From the sequence record OQ828465.1: a DNA stretch of 64,000 bases; one strand, given 5' to 3'. This document shows, piece after piece, positions 49,719 through 60,700 of this stretch. Below the pieces are notes generated by a model. That model had not been told where the DNA came from, did no database searches, and worked only from the letters and a program-made list of their open reading frames with translations. The translations under genes and the position numbers were made by a program. The stretch's first letter is position 1. Each line of letters opens with the position of its first letter.

Positions 49719-50234
49719 TCAATCGTTTTCTAATTCTTTTTCTCGTGCAGCATCCATCCGCTCCATAAATGCATTGGATTCCTCCATGATGATACCGATT
49801 TCAGTTTCACCTTCTTCAATAGTGTAATTCTCAAATTCCTCATCAGGAATATCTGGAATCTCACGTGGTGTTGCAGGGACATCATTCGGATCACGTATTA
49901 ATGGATTACGGTTCATTTGCATCTTAACGAATTCAGCAAAGCCTTCAGCAAGTTCACGGTTAGAGCGTGCACCCTCAGAATCAACTTGAATACGACGGTT
50001 AGCAATTGTTGTCTTATCCATTGAATCTGTTAATTTAAGAATCATATCAACTGATTCTTTATCAGTAGGTACTTTACCAGTTGTATTTTCTAATACAGCT
50101 TTTAGTACTTTCTCTTTAACTGATTGTGTATACCGTATCTGCTGCTCATATTCTAGATCAGCATATACCTTTTCTTCTGTAGTTGATGATTTCTTTTCTA
50201 AAGGCTCATCAGATAAATCTGCCCCATGGAACAT
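49719..50234 (-). CDS. Hypothetical acidic protein
   Basis: 171-aa ORF with AGAGGA RBS. Confidence 0.8.
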   Translation of the reverse strand: MFHGADLSDEPLEKKSSTTEEKVYADLEYEQQIRYTQSVKEKVLKAVLENTTGKVPTDKESVDMILKLTDSMDKTTIANRRIQVDSEGARSNRELAEGFAEFVKMQMNRNPLIRDPNDVPATPREIPDIPDEEFENYTIEEGETEIGIIMEESNAFMERMDAAREKELEND

Positions 50235-50313
50235 TTTATTATCCTCTAATTAGTAATAGTAATACCTAACATACTTACCATATGCTAAGTATCTGAAAAA
50301 TAGGTCCTATATC

Positions 50314-50838
50314 ATGTTTAAGAAACTTATTCAATATTTCCGGGGCTTCCAAAAGGAAGTTGGTAAAGAACAACTTCTAACTGAATTAGAACGGATAGAT
50401 AAAGATATTATTTCAGGTGAAGAACGATTAAAAGCTATTAATAATTTCTGGCAATTAATTAATCTGGATGAATTAAAAACTCTGACCATCAGGAAGATGA
50501 TAGGTGTTCCTGTCTATCTAAGACATTACAGTATTGGTTATTTATTAGATGCTCTAACTAGGTTAAATGATCATATTGCAAATGAAGATGATCTAAAGAT
50601 TAGTGAAATGTGTCGTACTGAGTTTATCGACAGGAAATCAATTGACCTTGATGAATATTTTATAAACAGTAATGATAGTTTTATTGATGTATGTAAATCT
50701 ATTGAAACTATGCGTGACTTAATTTGGCAACAAACTGAATATCTTGAACAGATTAACCATCAAGCATATCAGCGCCAGATGGATAGAATGTACTATGATA
50801 TTATTGAACTATCAAGAGCAATTATTAAGTTACTATGA
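50314..50838 (+). CDS. Hypothetical helical protein
   Basis: 174-aa ORF. Confidence 0.8.
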   Translation: MFKKLIQYFRGFQKEVGKEQLLTELERIDKDIISGEERLKAINNFWQLINLDELKTLTIRKMIGVPVYLRHYSIGYLLDALTRLNDHIANEDDLKISEMCRTEFIDRKSIDLDEYFINSNDSFIDVCKSIETMRDLIWQQTEYLEQINHQAYQRQMDRMYYDIIELSRAIIKLL

Positions 50839-50908
50839 GGTGCAGACTATACAAGTATAAATTAATATAAAGTGTGTTTATTATCAATTCACCGTAGGTG
50901 TAAAAAAG

Positions 50909-51670
50909 ATGGAATCTGTAAAAGACTTATTAAGCGATCCTCAAAAAGGATTAAGGCAGGCAGAAGGGGTTTTGTGTTATGTTTTCCGGGAAGTACTACT
51001 GTGGCGTAATATGACACAGTTTGCTTGGGATAAACGTTTGAATGCATACTTTCAAAAACCACATAACAAGAATAACCCAGATAAAGGTAATCTTAATAAA
51101 GCACTTAAAGCTGATACAATGAGTTGGGATGGCTTTAAGAAAGCTATTGATTTCTTATCACCTGTTAAAGCAACATTAGAGGTACGTCTGATTTGGGGTA
51201 CATCAAAACCTGATTCAGTTTATACGATCAATATCGATCCAACTGAAGATGAGGTAACTTGCTCTGCAAATGATTTCCCCTATGAAGAATGTGAAATTTT
51301 TAAGAATCAAAAACCAGCTACAACTACAATGGCCCATCTGTATAGGCATATTCTCTGGAAAGAAGGAATTAACCAGGAGAAGTGGGATAAGCTATGGGAA
51401 GAGTTTTTAAATAATCCAGTCAACCTTGTAGGATTGGATAAAAAGAAACTTACCTCATTGGCTAATACACAAAGGCGTGGTTTACTATCGCCCAATATGT
51501 CTTGGAATACATTAAGACGTGGATTCCTACTACTACGGCCTAAAGAGGAGAGATACACTCTTTCTCTACAATGGACTGATGATCCTAATCTTCGAGATAA
51601 ACTAGAGGACAGTGTGCATATTGTTCCTGTACCTGATCCTCATTGGGTGGAGCCTAATTCAAATGAATAA
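50909..51670 (+). CDS. Protein with an internal tandem duplication, possibly DNA-binding (about the position of gp171)
   Basis: Two ~110-aa repeats (WDK.....F...P.N ... MSW......L.P ... L.W). Confidence 0.75.
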   Translation: MESVKDLLSDPQKGLRQAEGVLCYVFREVLLWRNMTQFAWDKRLNAYFQKPHNKNNPDKGNLNKALKADTMSWDGFKKAIDFLSPVKATLEVRLIWGTSKPDSVYTINIDPTEDEVTCSANDFPYEECEIFKNQKPATTTMAHLYRHILWKEGINQEKWDKLWEEFLNNPVNLVGLDKKKLTSLANTQRRGLLSPNMSWNTLRRGFLLLRPKEERYTLSLQWTDDPNLRDKLEDSVHIVPVPDPHWVEPNSNE

Positions 51671-52103
51671 TCCAGAAACCCCATGGGTACAAAATAATTA
51701 TCCTGTAGATAGCATCATTGTAGATCAGAGCGGTAATACACCGCTTCCTGATCTATTTCAGTTTAATGGAAAAGAGAAGAAGACCACACTTGATAATGAG
51801 AATTTCTTTTCATTCAAAGGTCTTCGGATGTATCTCATCACTGGTAAAAAAGAAAAGGCTTTTCTTCAACCAGAGGTTAATTCCCATTATAAATTAGACT
51901 ATGGTTTAAAGTATCAATACGTAGATGGACTTACCAATATCCTTCGTGATACCCTATTATTAAATCTTAATAGTCGACCATTCGTTTTATTTAAAGCAAA
52001 AAGTTTTGGTCCATTAGTTTTATCAGGAGCAAACCTAACCATTCAAGAAAAAGAATGGTTTGAAATTGTTTGTGATGTTATTAAATCAATCAAACAGAGA
52101 TAA
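51663..52103 (+). CDS. Hypothetical protein
   Basis: Start at ATG 51663 overlapping the previous stop; GGAG RBS. Confidence 0.75.
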   Translation: MNNPETPWVQNNYPVDSIIVDQSGNTPLPDLFQFNGKEKKTTLDNENFFSFKGLRMYLITGKKEKAFLQPEVNSHYKLDYGLKYQYVDGLTNILRDTLLLNLNSRPFVLFKAKSFGPLVLSGANLTIQEKEWFEIVCDVIKSIKQR

Positions 52104-52107
52104 CTTA

Positions 52108-53034
52108 ATGCATACTGAACATAGCCTTAAAATCAGTAAAAAGATTAACTTCCTTGTGCAAGTAGAAGCACGTATTAATGAACTATATCAGCAAAGACAA
52201 AATATGTCAATTGATCAATTCTCAAAAGAATTTTTCAATGAATCACCTGATGTAGTTAAACAAGCTATCACTGAGCTATATACAACATATCCATTCCAAG
52301 ATGAAACTAATCCAAAACGGCAAAACCTTCGTTTAGCTATATTTATCCACGATAATGATGTTAGTTGGATTAGTTCAATTCTAGGCGTAGATGAATTTAA
52401 TAATGTTTTAAGGCACGCAGATATTTTTTATAATTATGTTAGTAGTTGCGAGACTGTTGTTCAGCGTAATTATTATGCGTCTTTACCAGATTACCGTGGC
52501 TACATGTATGCTATCTATGAAGAGGCATTCAACCGCGTTGCCCCACTAGTCAATAAGTATTTAGATATTGATGCACATGACAGTGTTTCATTTTTAGAAA
52601 CACCCCATGTTCTACCAAAAAAGAGTGTATCTATTAAAGATATTATTGATCCATTTGGTCCATATAAACCTAATTACTGTATTAGTGATATTTATAGTGC
52701 ACAAGCTACACAAGTAACAGAAAATACATATATCGCAGTTAATACATTTATCCGCACTGAGGTATATGAAAGACTATGTGCTGAAGGCGATACTGTAGAT
52801 AAGATTGTTATTTCAGATAAACAAAGTATTATTAATGATGAGGATTATATTAAACTAGTCCAAGATAAGATTAATGCATTCCATAAAGAAATGGTAGATA
52901 ATGATTTTATACTTTATGCGCCGTTTAATATGTCCAGGTTAATTTATGTAATGAAGGCTAAATATCCGATTAAAGTTACTATTAGTTGTAAGGGATTCAA
53001 GCATATTGGAAAATTTATTGCTTATAAAAAATAG
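52108..53034 (+). CDS. Hypothetical protein
   Basis: Long ORF following the previous gene by 4 nt. Confidence 0.8.
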   Translation: MHTEHSLKISKKINFLVQVEARINELYQQRQNMSIDQFSKEFFNESPDVVKQAITELYTTYPFQDETNPKRQNLRLAIFIHDNDVSWISSILGVDEFNNVLRHADIFYNYVSSCETVVQRNYYASLPDYRGYMYAIYEEAFNRVAPLVNKYLDIDAHDSVSFLETPHVLPKKSVSIKDIIDPFGPYKPNYCISDIYSAQATQVTENTYIAVNTFIRTEVYERLCAEGDTVDKIVISDKQSIINDEDYIKLVQDKINAFHKEMVDNDFILYAPFNMSRLIYVMKAKYPIKVTISCKGFKHIGKFIAYKK

Positions 53035-53045
53035 TAGTTTTTAAT

Positions 53046-54182
<1,137 letters not shown>

Positions 54183-54185
54183 CAG

Positions 54186-54233
54186 CATAAGCCCTCCCAT
54201 TACGGGAGGGCATTATGTCTTTTTTTTATTTTT
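54186..54233. terminator. Bidirectional element CATAA-GCCCTCCC-ATTAC-GGGAGGGC-ATTATG plus T-run
   Basis: Between convergent stops 54182 and 54232. Confidence 0.85.
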
Positions 54234-55044
54234 AACGCATGAAGCCAGGGCGCCTATGTTTAACTGGTGAAATATCCCAGCCAAGACTTTTCGCTAGATC
54301 TGTCACATTGGTGATATCAGAACATTCAAAACCCATGTTAATTTGACGTTCACGTTCACGCTGTACCTGATATAGAGTATCAGGCGTGATAACCATTAAT
54401 TGATCTTCATAGTTCTCTAATGCAGGGGAATTCCATTTATTAGCACCGTAAATACCACCTTCCCCAACCATATCCCAAGTTGAAATCTCACGGGTATATT
54501 TGATACCGCGCATAGGATCATCTTGAGTTATTGACCTTACCGAGCAATAAGTATTCTGAGAAGGATTGGTAATAGATGCTTCGAAGTACTTACCAAAAGG
54601 ACCGTATGGTTTGCATTTGCCAAGTACTAGTTTAATAGGAAGACCTTTCTCATCTGTAGAATCAACCAGAATAAGTTCCTTAATATGCGCACACACACGA
54701 TCATCATCGATTTGACGAATTCGCATTAGGTACTCATGTTCATTCATCCGTGTGCCATCTTTACGATAGGGTTCAGGGTGTTTGTATTCCATGAATAGAA
54801 CACCCTTTTTAACACGGCGCATTAAAGGTGAGTCTGGATTAAACATAGATACGCCGGATGCCATTTCATAGAACATACCAGCTGAATTTCGGGTACCATA
54901 AGCTCCTAGTGGAGTTAGATAGTAACCATCCGCATCAGGTACTAATACACCTTTTTTATTAGTACCGGCTAACATATCACTGCCGATAACTACTTGGTTA
55001 TTAGTACGCTGTTGCAAACCAGAAAAATTAGAATATGGTTGCAT
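54232..55044 (-). CDS. gp175: Prohead (head maturation) serine protease
   Basis: 270 aa; MEYKHPEP (His) and YCSVRS (Ser); C-terminal self-cleavage-type PALE/GFE sites; synteny. Confidence 0.85.
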   Translation of the reverse strand: MQPYSNFSGLQQRTNNQVVIGSDMLAGTNKKGVLVPDADGYYLTPLGAYGTRNSAGMFYEMASGVSMFNPDSPLMRRVKKGVLFMEYKHPEPYRKDGTRMNEHEYLMRIRQIDDDRVCAHIKELILVDSTDEKGLPIKLVLGKCKPYGPFGKYFEASITNPSQNTYCSVRSITQDDPMRGIKYTREISTWDMVGEGGIYGANKWNSPALENYEDQLMVITPDTLYQVQRERERQINMGFECSDITNVTDLAKSLGWDISPVKHRRPGFMR

Positions 55045-55055
55045 AACGCAACTCC

Positions 55056-55784
55056 TTAGGTCCTGAGGAGTTCTTCAATAAGCTCTACTGACTCAGATGG
55101 GTTAACAAGTGCTGATGTGATACCTTGATCAAAATAAGCCCCATTGAGTTTTGATGTTGTGTCTGAAGTATTCCAGATAACTGAACGGAATGGTACGTCG
55201 ACTGGTGGATTATCCACGATATCACTGTGTCTAGTTAACACATGTCGATATAGTTGTGATATATCATCCGAGGCACGCTGAGTGGTTGAAATAATAAGTT
55301 GTAATGTAGGCCATCCACCAAGGTTAACACCAGCGTGTAAATTAGCTGTCTCAAATAATTTGGCTTTGTCATAATAGTTAATATACCAAGGGAAGTTTCC
55401 TTTGTTAATTAACTCATCATAGACATAGTAAGTTAATGTATCATTAACAACTAAGTAAGTATTCTGGAAAATCTTACTACCTTTATCAAAATGAAATTCT
55501 AGATAAACTTCACCATTGATGTGGACGCGTTCAGTAGAGATTGGATTTATCCGCATCATTGCAATGGTATTATTTACTGCGTAATATTCATCATTAAAAA
55601 TAATAGGAAATATACCAATAGTGAATACTTCACTACCAATAACAGCTAGATGTCTTCCTGTAAATCTTTCTGGAATCTGTATTTTACATGGGGCATTAGT
55701 TACTACTGAATTATCTTCTAAATCAGTTAGATGACTGTGGACCCGTTCTGGATCCCGTCGAAGAGAACGTACGTCCATTATCAT
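55056..55784 (-). CDS. gp176: Virion protein, probable fifth subunit of the virion RNA polymerase
   Basis: 242 aa; position matches gp176, whose SPN3US counterpart is recalled as a vRNAP subunit. Confidence 0.65.
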   Translation of the reverse strand: MIMDVRSLRRDPERVHSHLTDLEDNSVVTNAPCKIQIPERFTGRHLAVIGSEVFTIGIFPIIFNDEYYAVNNTIAMMRINPISTERVHINGEVYLEFHFDKGSKIFQNTYLVVNDTLTYYVYDELINKGNFPWYINYYDKAKLFETANLHAGVNLGGWPTLQLIISTTQRASDDISQLYRHVLTRHSDIVDNPPVDVPFRSVIWNTSDTTSKLNGAYFDQGITSALVNPSESVELIEELLRT

Positions 55785-55857
55785 GTCCTAATTGTTCATT
55801 TATGTAAAGATTAAAATACTTAATCAAAATCATGCACCTTTAAATATTCGCTGTATT

Positions 55858-55885
55858 ACTCCGGTATCCTTCCAAATACCGGAGT
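55858..55885. terminator. Hairpin ACTCCGGTAT-N8-ATACCGGAGT between gp177 and gp176
   Basis: 10-bp perfect stem; no clear U-tract on the - strand. Confidence 0.45.
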
Positions 55886-55931
55886 TTATCATCGATTGCA
55901 TGTTTTAATGATTATTAACCATTAAGATAAT

Positions 55932-57491
55932 TTAATTAGAAACTTCTTCTTCGATTTCAACATCATCTAAAGTTTCAGTGCTATCATCTTCTACAGTTTC
56001 AATAACTTCTTTTACTGGTAGTTTTGCATAAGGATCAACAACACCAGTGAACCGCTCAACTTTAATCTGTTGAGACAGCCATGCTGCCATTAGTGAAATT
56101 AGTGATTGTGTATTGAGTTCACGTAGAGTGGCCTCAGGATACATTTGACTAAATTCATCAACTGCTAGCAGATATTGCCAGTAAACATTTTCTGTAAAGA
56201 ATGTTTTACAGATAAGTTTACCAAAGGTGATATAAGGATTCTTAAGATCTTCAGTCGTCATCGTACTCATTGCTTCTTTAATACGATATTCGAGTTCATT
56301 AACATGGCGATCTTTAAGTTCAGTATTAATGACACCATCCATAAATGATTCATGAATGTCATTGCGTAGTTTACGTAAACCTTTATCCATAGCCGATTGT
56401 TTAATCAGCGGATATACTGATAGCCAACGTTGAATAAACTGTTCTGAGTTATTAAGAATCTGTTCTAGGTAAATGTTATTACTACCTGCTACAGCTGCAC
56501 CAAGGATAGCTTGGATGTCACCACCGGCTAATTCAAATTGAGGTGCAACATCACCATTAATGATTACTTTGCAACGAGAATTAGCAACTACATTATTAGC
56601 TTCTGAGGCTAGGATGAGTAGACCTGCATCACGATCAGCTTGACGACGTTCATAAGCACGCTTGAGATAGAATCCAAACATCTCATGTAGTTTACGAATA
56701 GTTAGTGACCATGTTTCTAGGTCAACATCACTCTCGCCAATAACTTCAACCGGGTTATCGATGTAGTGACCGCAAATCATGTAAGCCAGAGCTAGTGAAT
56801 CAACAGTGAATGGGAAGGACCTACCCACAACATATTCAAGTTCACCTGGAATGAGAAGACGACCATCATTGAAGATAGAATTCCACACACCTTCAATAAC
56901 AGCGGCACTATTAGGAATAGATAGTAGCCATTCTTCAACTTCAGTTTGATCTAGATGCGGATTACCCATTGACACTAACCGAATAATTTCATTAGCATCA
57001 ATTGATTCTAGAATAAAGGTACGATACTCAGGTAGCGGCTGTAAATTATTGTATCGTGTACTAACGTGTGCAGTTAAGCGTGGATCACTATGAACTGCAT
57101 TATAGTGGTAGAATGTAGCGCTTACATCTGGTTGACAACTAATGCTTTGACGCTCATTAAAAACACGTACCATATATTCAATTGCAGGGCAAATAACATT
57201 CTGCGTATTGAATTGGATCTTTTGTAATGATGAGCAGACATGTGCAATCAGAGCTTCTTGCTCTTCTTCTACACTAACAGGTTGCTCTTGGTTAGCTTCC
57301 TCGAAGAACTCTTCTACAGATGCTTCCAGCTCTTCAGAGAGGGCAACTTTATTAGAGTTGCCATCTACACTGAAACCATCTGCAAAGACCGCAAGGGGAT
57401 ATGTTTCATTAGGGATAACTAGAACAAGGTTATCCTCAGTTAGACTACGTGCTGAGCCAACAATCGCAGCTTGGGTTTCTTTACAGAACAT
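55932..57491 (-). CDS. gp177: Inner-head/ejection protein
   Basis: 519 aa; N-terminal acidic segment with ALSEELEASVEE protease-type sites; synteny. Confidence 0.7.
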   Translation of the reverse strand: MFCKETQAAIVGSARSLTEDNLVLVIPNETYPLAVFADGFSVDGNSNKVALSEELEASVEEFFEEANQEQPVSVEEEQEALIAHVCSSLQKIQFNTQNVICPAIEYMVRVFNERQSISCQPDVSATFYHYNAVHSDPRLTAHVSTRYNNLQPLPEYRTFILESIDANEIIRLVSMGNPHLDQTEVEEWLLSIPNSAAVIEGVWNSIFNDGRLLIPGELEYVVGRSFPFTVDSLALAYMICGHYIDNPVEVIGESDVDLETWSLTIRKLHEMFGFYLKRAYERRQADRDAGLLILASEANNVVANSRCKVIINGDVAPQFELAGGDIQAILGAAVAGSNNIYLEQILNNSEQFIQRWLSVYPLIKQSAMDKGLRKLRNDIHESFMDGVINTELKDRHVNELEYRIKEAMSTMTTEDLKNPYITFGKLICKTFFTENVYWQYLLAVDEFSQMYPEATLRELNTQSLISLMAAWLSQQIKVERFTGVVDPYAKLPVKEVIETVEDDSTETLDDVEIEEEVSN

Positions 57492-57502
57492 TTTAACACT
57501 CC

Positions 57503-57700
57503 TTAGATATTGAGGTTCTTCATTAAGCGAGCGTTTAAAGCTGCTGCAATATCAGCCTCAGTTAAAAACTCCCCATTCAGAGATGGGGAGCTGGTGGTGC
57601 CACCAAGCGATTGTAGAATTGCTTGAGTACCTAGTTTAACAGCAGCATGAAGAACAGCAATGTTCTGACCATGTGCTACATTATTACTTAGCTTTTGCAT
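57503..57700 (-). CDS. 65-aa protein between gp178 and gp177
   Basis: AGAGGA RBS inside the gp178 3' end; fills the intergenic gap; overlaps the gp178 stop. Confidence 0.65.
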   Translation of the reverse strand: MQKLSNNVAHGQNIAVLHAAVKLGTQAILQSLGGTTSSPSLNGEFLTEADIAAALNARLMKNLNI

Positions 57701-60700
57701 TAGTGTTTCCTCTATATACAGCTACAAGATGTTTTCCAGCTGCCCACAAGATACCAGTTGTTGTAGCAATGATTTTAGGAGATAGAACCATTCGTTCTTC
57801 TACCGATGTATTACCGAATAGTAGATCAATATTACGGCCATCTTCAGTTTCATTACGTCCAGTCATTACACGGGAGAATACCGTTTTCATCTGGTTAGCT
57901 ACTACGCCTTTATCTCCAACACCACATGGGATATCATGATCGATATACACTCGAATAATCATGTGGTCATATTCTAAGGCTCGTCCTTTCACTCGATAGT
58001 TAGCATCTACTTGTCCAGTGAAAGTAGGTTCTTTCAATGATTTAGCTCGTTCAGCGCGTTGTTTATCTGACGTATTAGCTAATGCTTGTAAACTTGGTGT
58101 CATATCGTCTATTTCACCATGATAGAAGCATTCAATCTTTGATACTGTACCTACGAGCTTAGCACGTGGCGAATATGCTGATAGTTTGCGTAATGTCTCA
58201 ATAGATGCCTCGTCATATAGTGAGTGAGCAGCTGTTTCAGGATCTTCAATTATACATAGAATTGAATTTAAGTCGACATGATCCCCAACTTTCACCATAT
58301 CTCGAATAGTCTGATCAAACCTAACATCGATATTCTTGATTGCAGTTGTTTGAGTATTTAACCTTTTAGCTAGGTCTTCAGAAATAACTGAACCGTCTTC
58401 TAAAGTGTCAAGGTTATCATCAAATGCTACAACAGCCATACAACCGGCTTTCCATAATACTTGCCCAGGCGTATACCTATCTTCAGAGAAATAACGTTTG
58501 TTATATGTGATAGTATCTCCACGTTTAAACTTATCACCTTTCTTTAATGAGGTAACAAGAATGTGTGGGTAGTTAACACCAGCTGCTGTGCCATGAACTG
58601 TACCTAATTGATATCCAAATACATTACCATCAGCATATTTAACTTGGATACCATATTCATCAATAGCTACAACTTCACCATCTTGTTCTGCTGCTACAGC
58701 AAAGATAGAACTAGTCCTTTGGGCTATGATTTGTTCATAGCCTGTACGAACTGGTGTAACTGTATACCCATCAGCATAAATACCTTGCTGCTGCTGAATT
58801 GATATAAAGTTAATTCGCTTAGGGTCATCATGTTCGGTTGCAACACCAAGCAGTGCACTAGTTGAGAGTAGTCTAGCTGGCCCATCTGTCTTTGGATCAA
58901 ACATACGCGTAACACCACGCATGTTTACAAAGTTAGCATCAGGTACTAAGTAAGCAATAACACCAACGTCACCTGAGTCCACAGTTGATTCACTAACCAC
59001 ACCAACATCCGCTTCACCGTAAATACGTGTACGTGCAACCATTGAAGTTGGACCGCGTCCACCATCTCCACGATAAGTCATCGCTTCTTGTTCACGGATA
59101 TTTGCAATGGGGTTAGAATCTTCAATAGTGGCTACTGTCGGATCTTGTACAATCTTGCGCCAGATCACGTGTGGATCTAACTCGACAGTTTGCACTGACC
59201 CACCATTACGCATATTAAATACACGTACCGCTCTATTGAGTTCATTAAAAATAGCCCCTGCCATGCGCTCATAACCACGATAGCGCATATATGCACCATC
59301 TACTTCTGCTGGACTCCAGTCGTTCGTTAATAACTCGACAGACCGATAAAGCAATCCTTCAAAAGTAGTTGGTTCACCCATCTCCTTGAGTAGACCCTCA
59401 GTGATTGGATCGACCCATGCTGAGAAGAGTGTATCAATATCACGTGTAAATCTATTACTTAATCCAGCTTCTTCAAGAACCCTGAAGTAAACATCTCGTT
59501 TATTGAAATCATAAACAGAATAACGCCGCAGTGATTTATGATAACGTTTGAGTCCACTTAATACAAGCATTGCTTTATAATCAGCTCGATCAAATACTAG
59601 GATCTCATCAGCGAACGCTAATGTATAATCCGTACTATTGACAACAATCCTGGTACCACGCTGATGACGCTGATAATTAACATTCAACTTCTTAAGTAGA
59701 TTGTTTAAGCCATGGTGATATGCTAAAATGAAACCTAATGGTAGCTCTTTACCACCAATTGACATTAGAATAGCTTCTAACGGCGCTTTGGTTAGATCTA
59801 AGCCAAGTATATCTGTAATGGTACCAATAGGTTCTAGCTCATTACCTGTTTTCATGTAAAAGATGGAATTCTTATCTAACAAGATAGCATCAGTGCCATT
59901 GAACCCCACCATTATCAAATCATCAGTTTCATAATCTTCGATATGTAATCCTTGTTTTGCAAAGAATTCATTACGATCTTTGAAATTAAAATAGAACACA
60001 TTACGGTGATTATGGAAGCCTTTAAAAGCTGTTCCTAAAGTAGTGTACACCCTTGGTAGAACATAGTTGGATTGATCTAATTCAGCATAGGTAACTGAAT
60101 GTACAGACATATCACTTCCATCTAATGCACGGTTGGTAATCGCTCTGATTAACCAATTATCAAAGTTGTTTTCAGCACGTTCAGATCTGGTCACAAAGGT
60201 CTTATTATAATAAGAGGTCAATGCAACTTTACGTGGATTAACTTTACGAATTGGAATATCAGCACGTTGTAAACGTTGGCGATATGTTACCCCATTAGAC
60301 ATGAACCTACCGTCATTATCAATGACAGGGATACGGAACATTACTTGTGAACTTCTACCACGAATAGGCTTTAATGTAACTTTGTGGATTTGGTAATGGT
60401 TACCAGAATCGCGTACAGTTTCAATTTTGTAATTAGTTACTGATACGCCTTGTTTCTGAACAGATAACACACTGTTTAAAATATCTTTCTTTAATAAGAC
60501 CTTGTTGTATTTGCGTTGGATGGCTTTTAACTTACTACCCAACATTGATTTATCAACAATGGTTGGCTTATCTTCAAAAGTGGTGTCTTCTGGAATCTTA
60601 AGATCATCTGGATGATATTCCATCGCCTCAGCGATCGTCATAGGTTCTACTGATTCATCATTAGGATCGGTAAATGGATCAGGTAGACGACGATACATAA

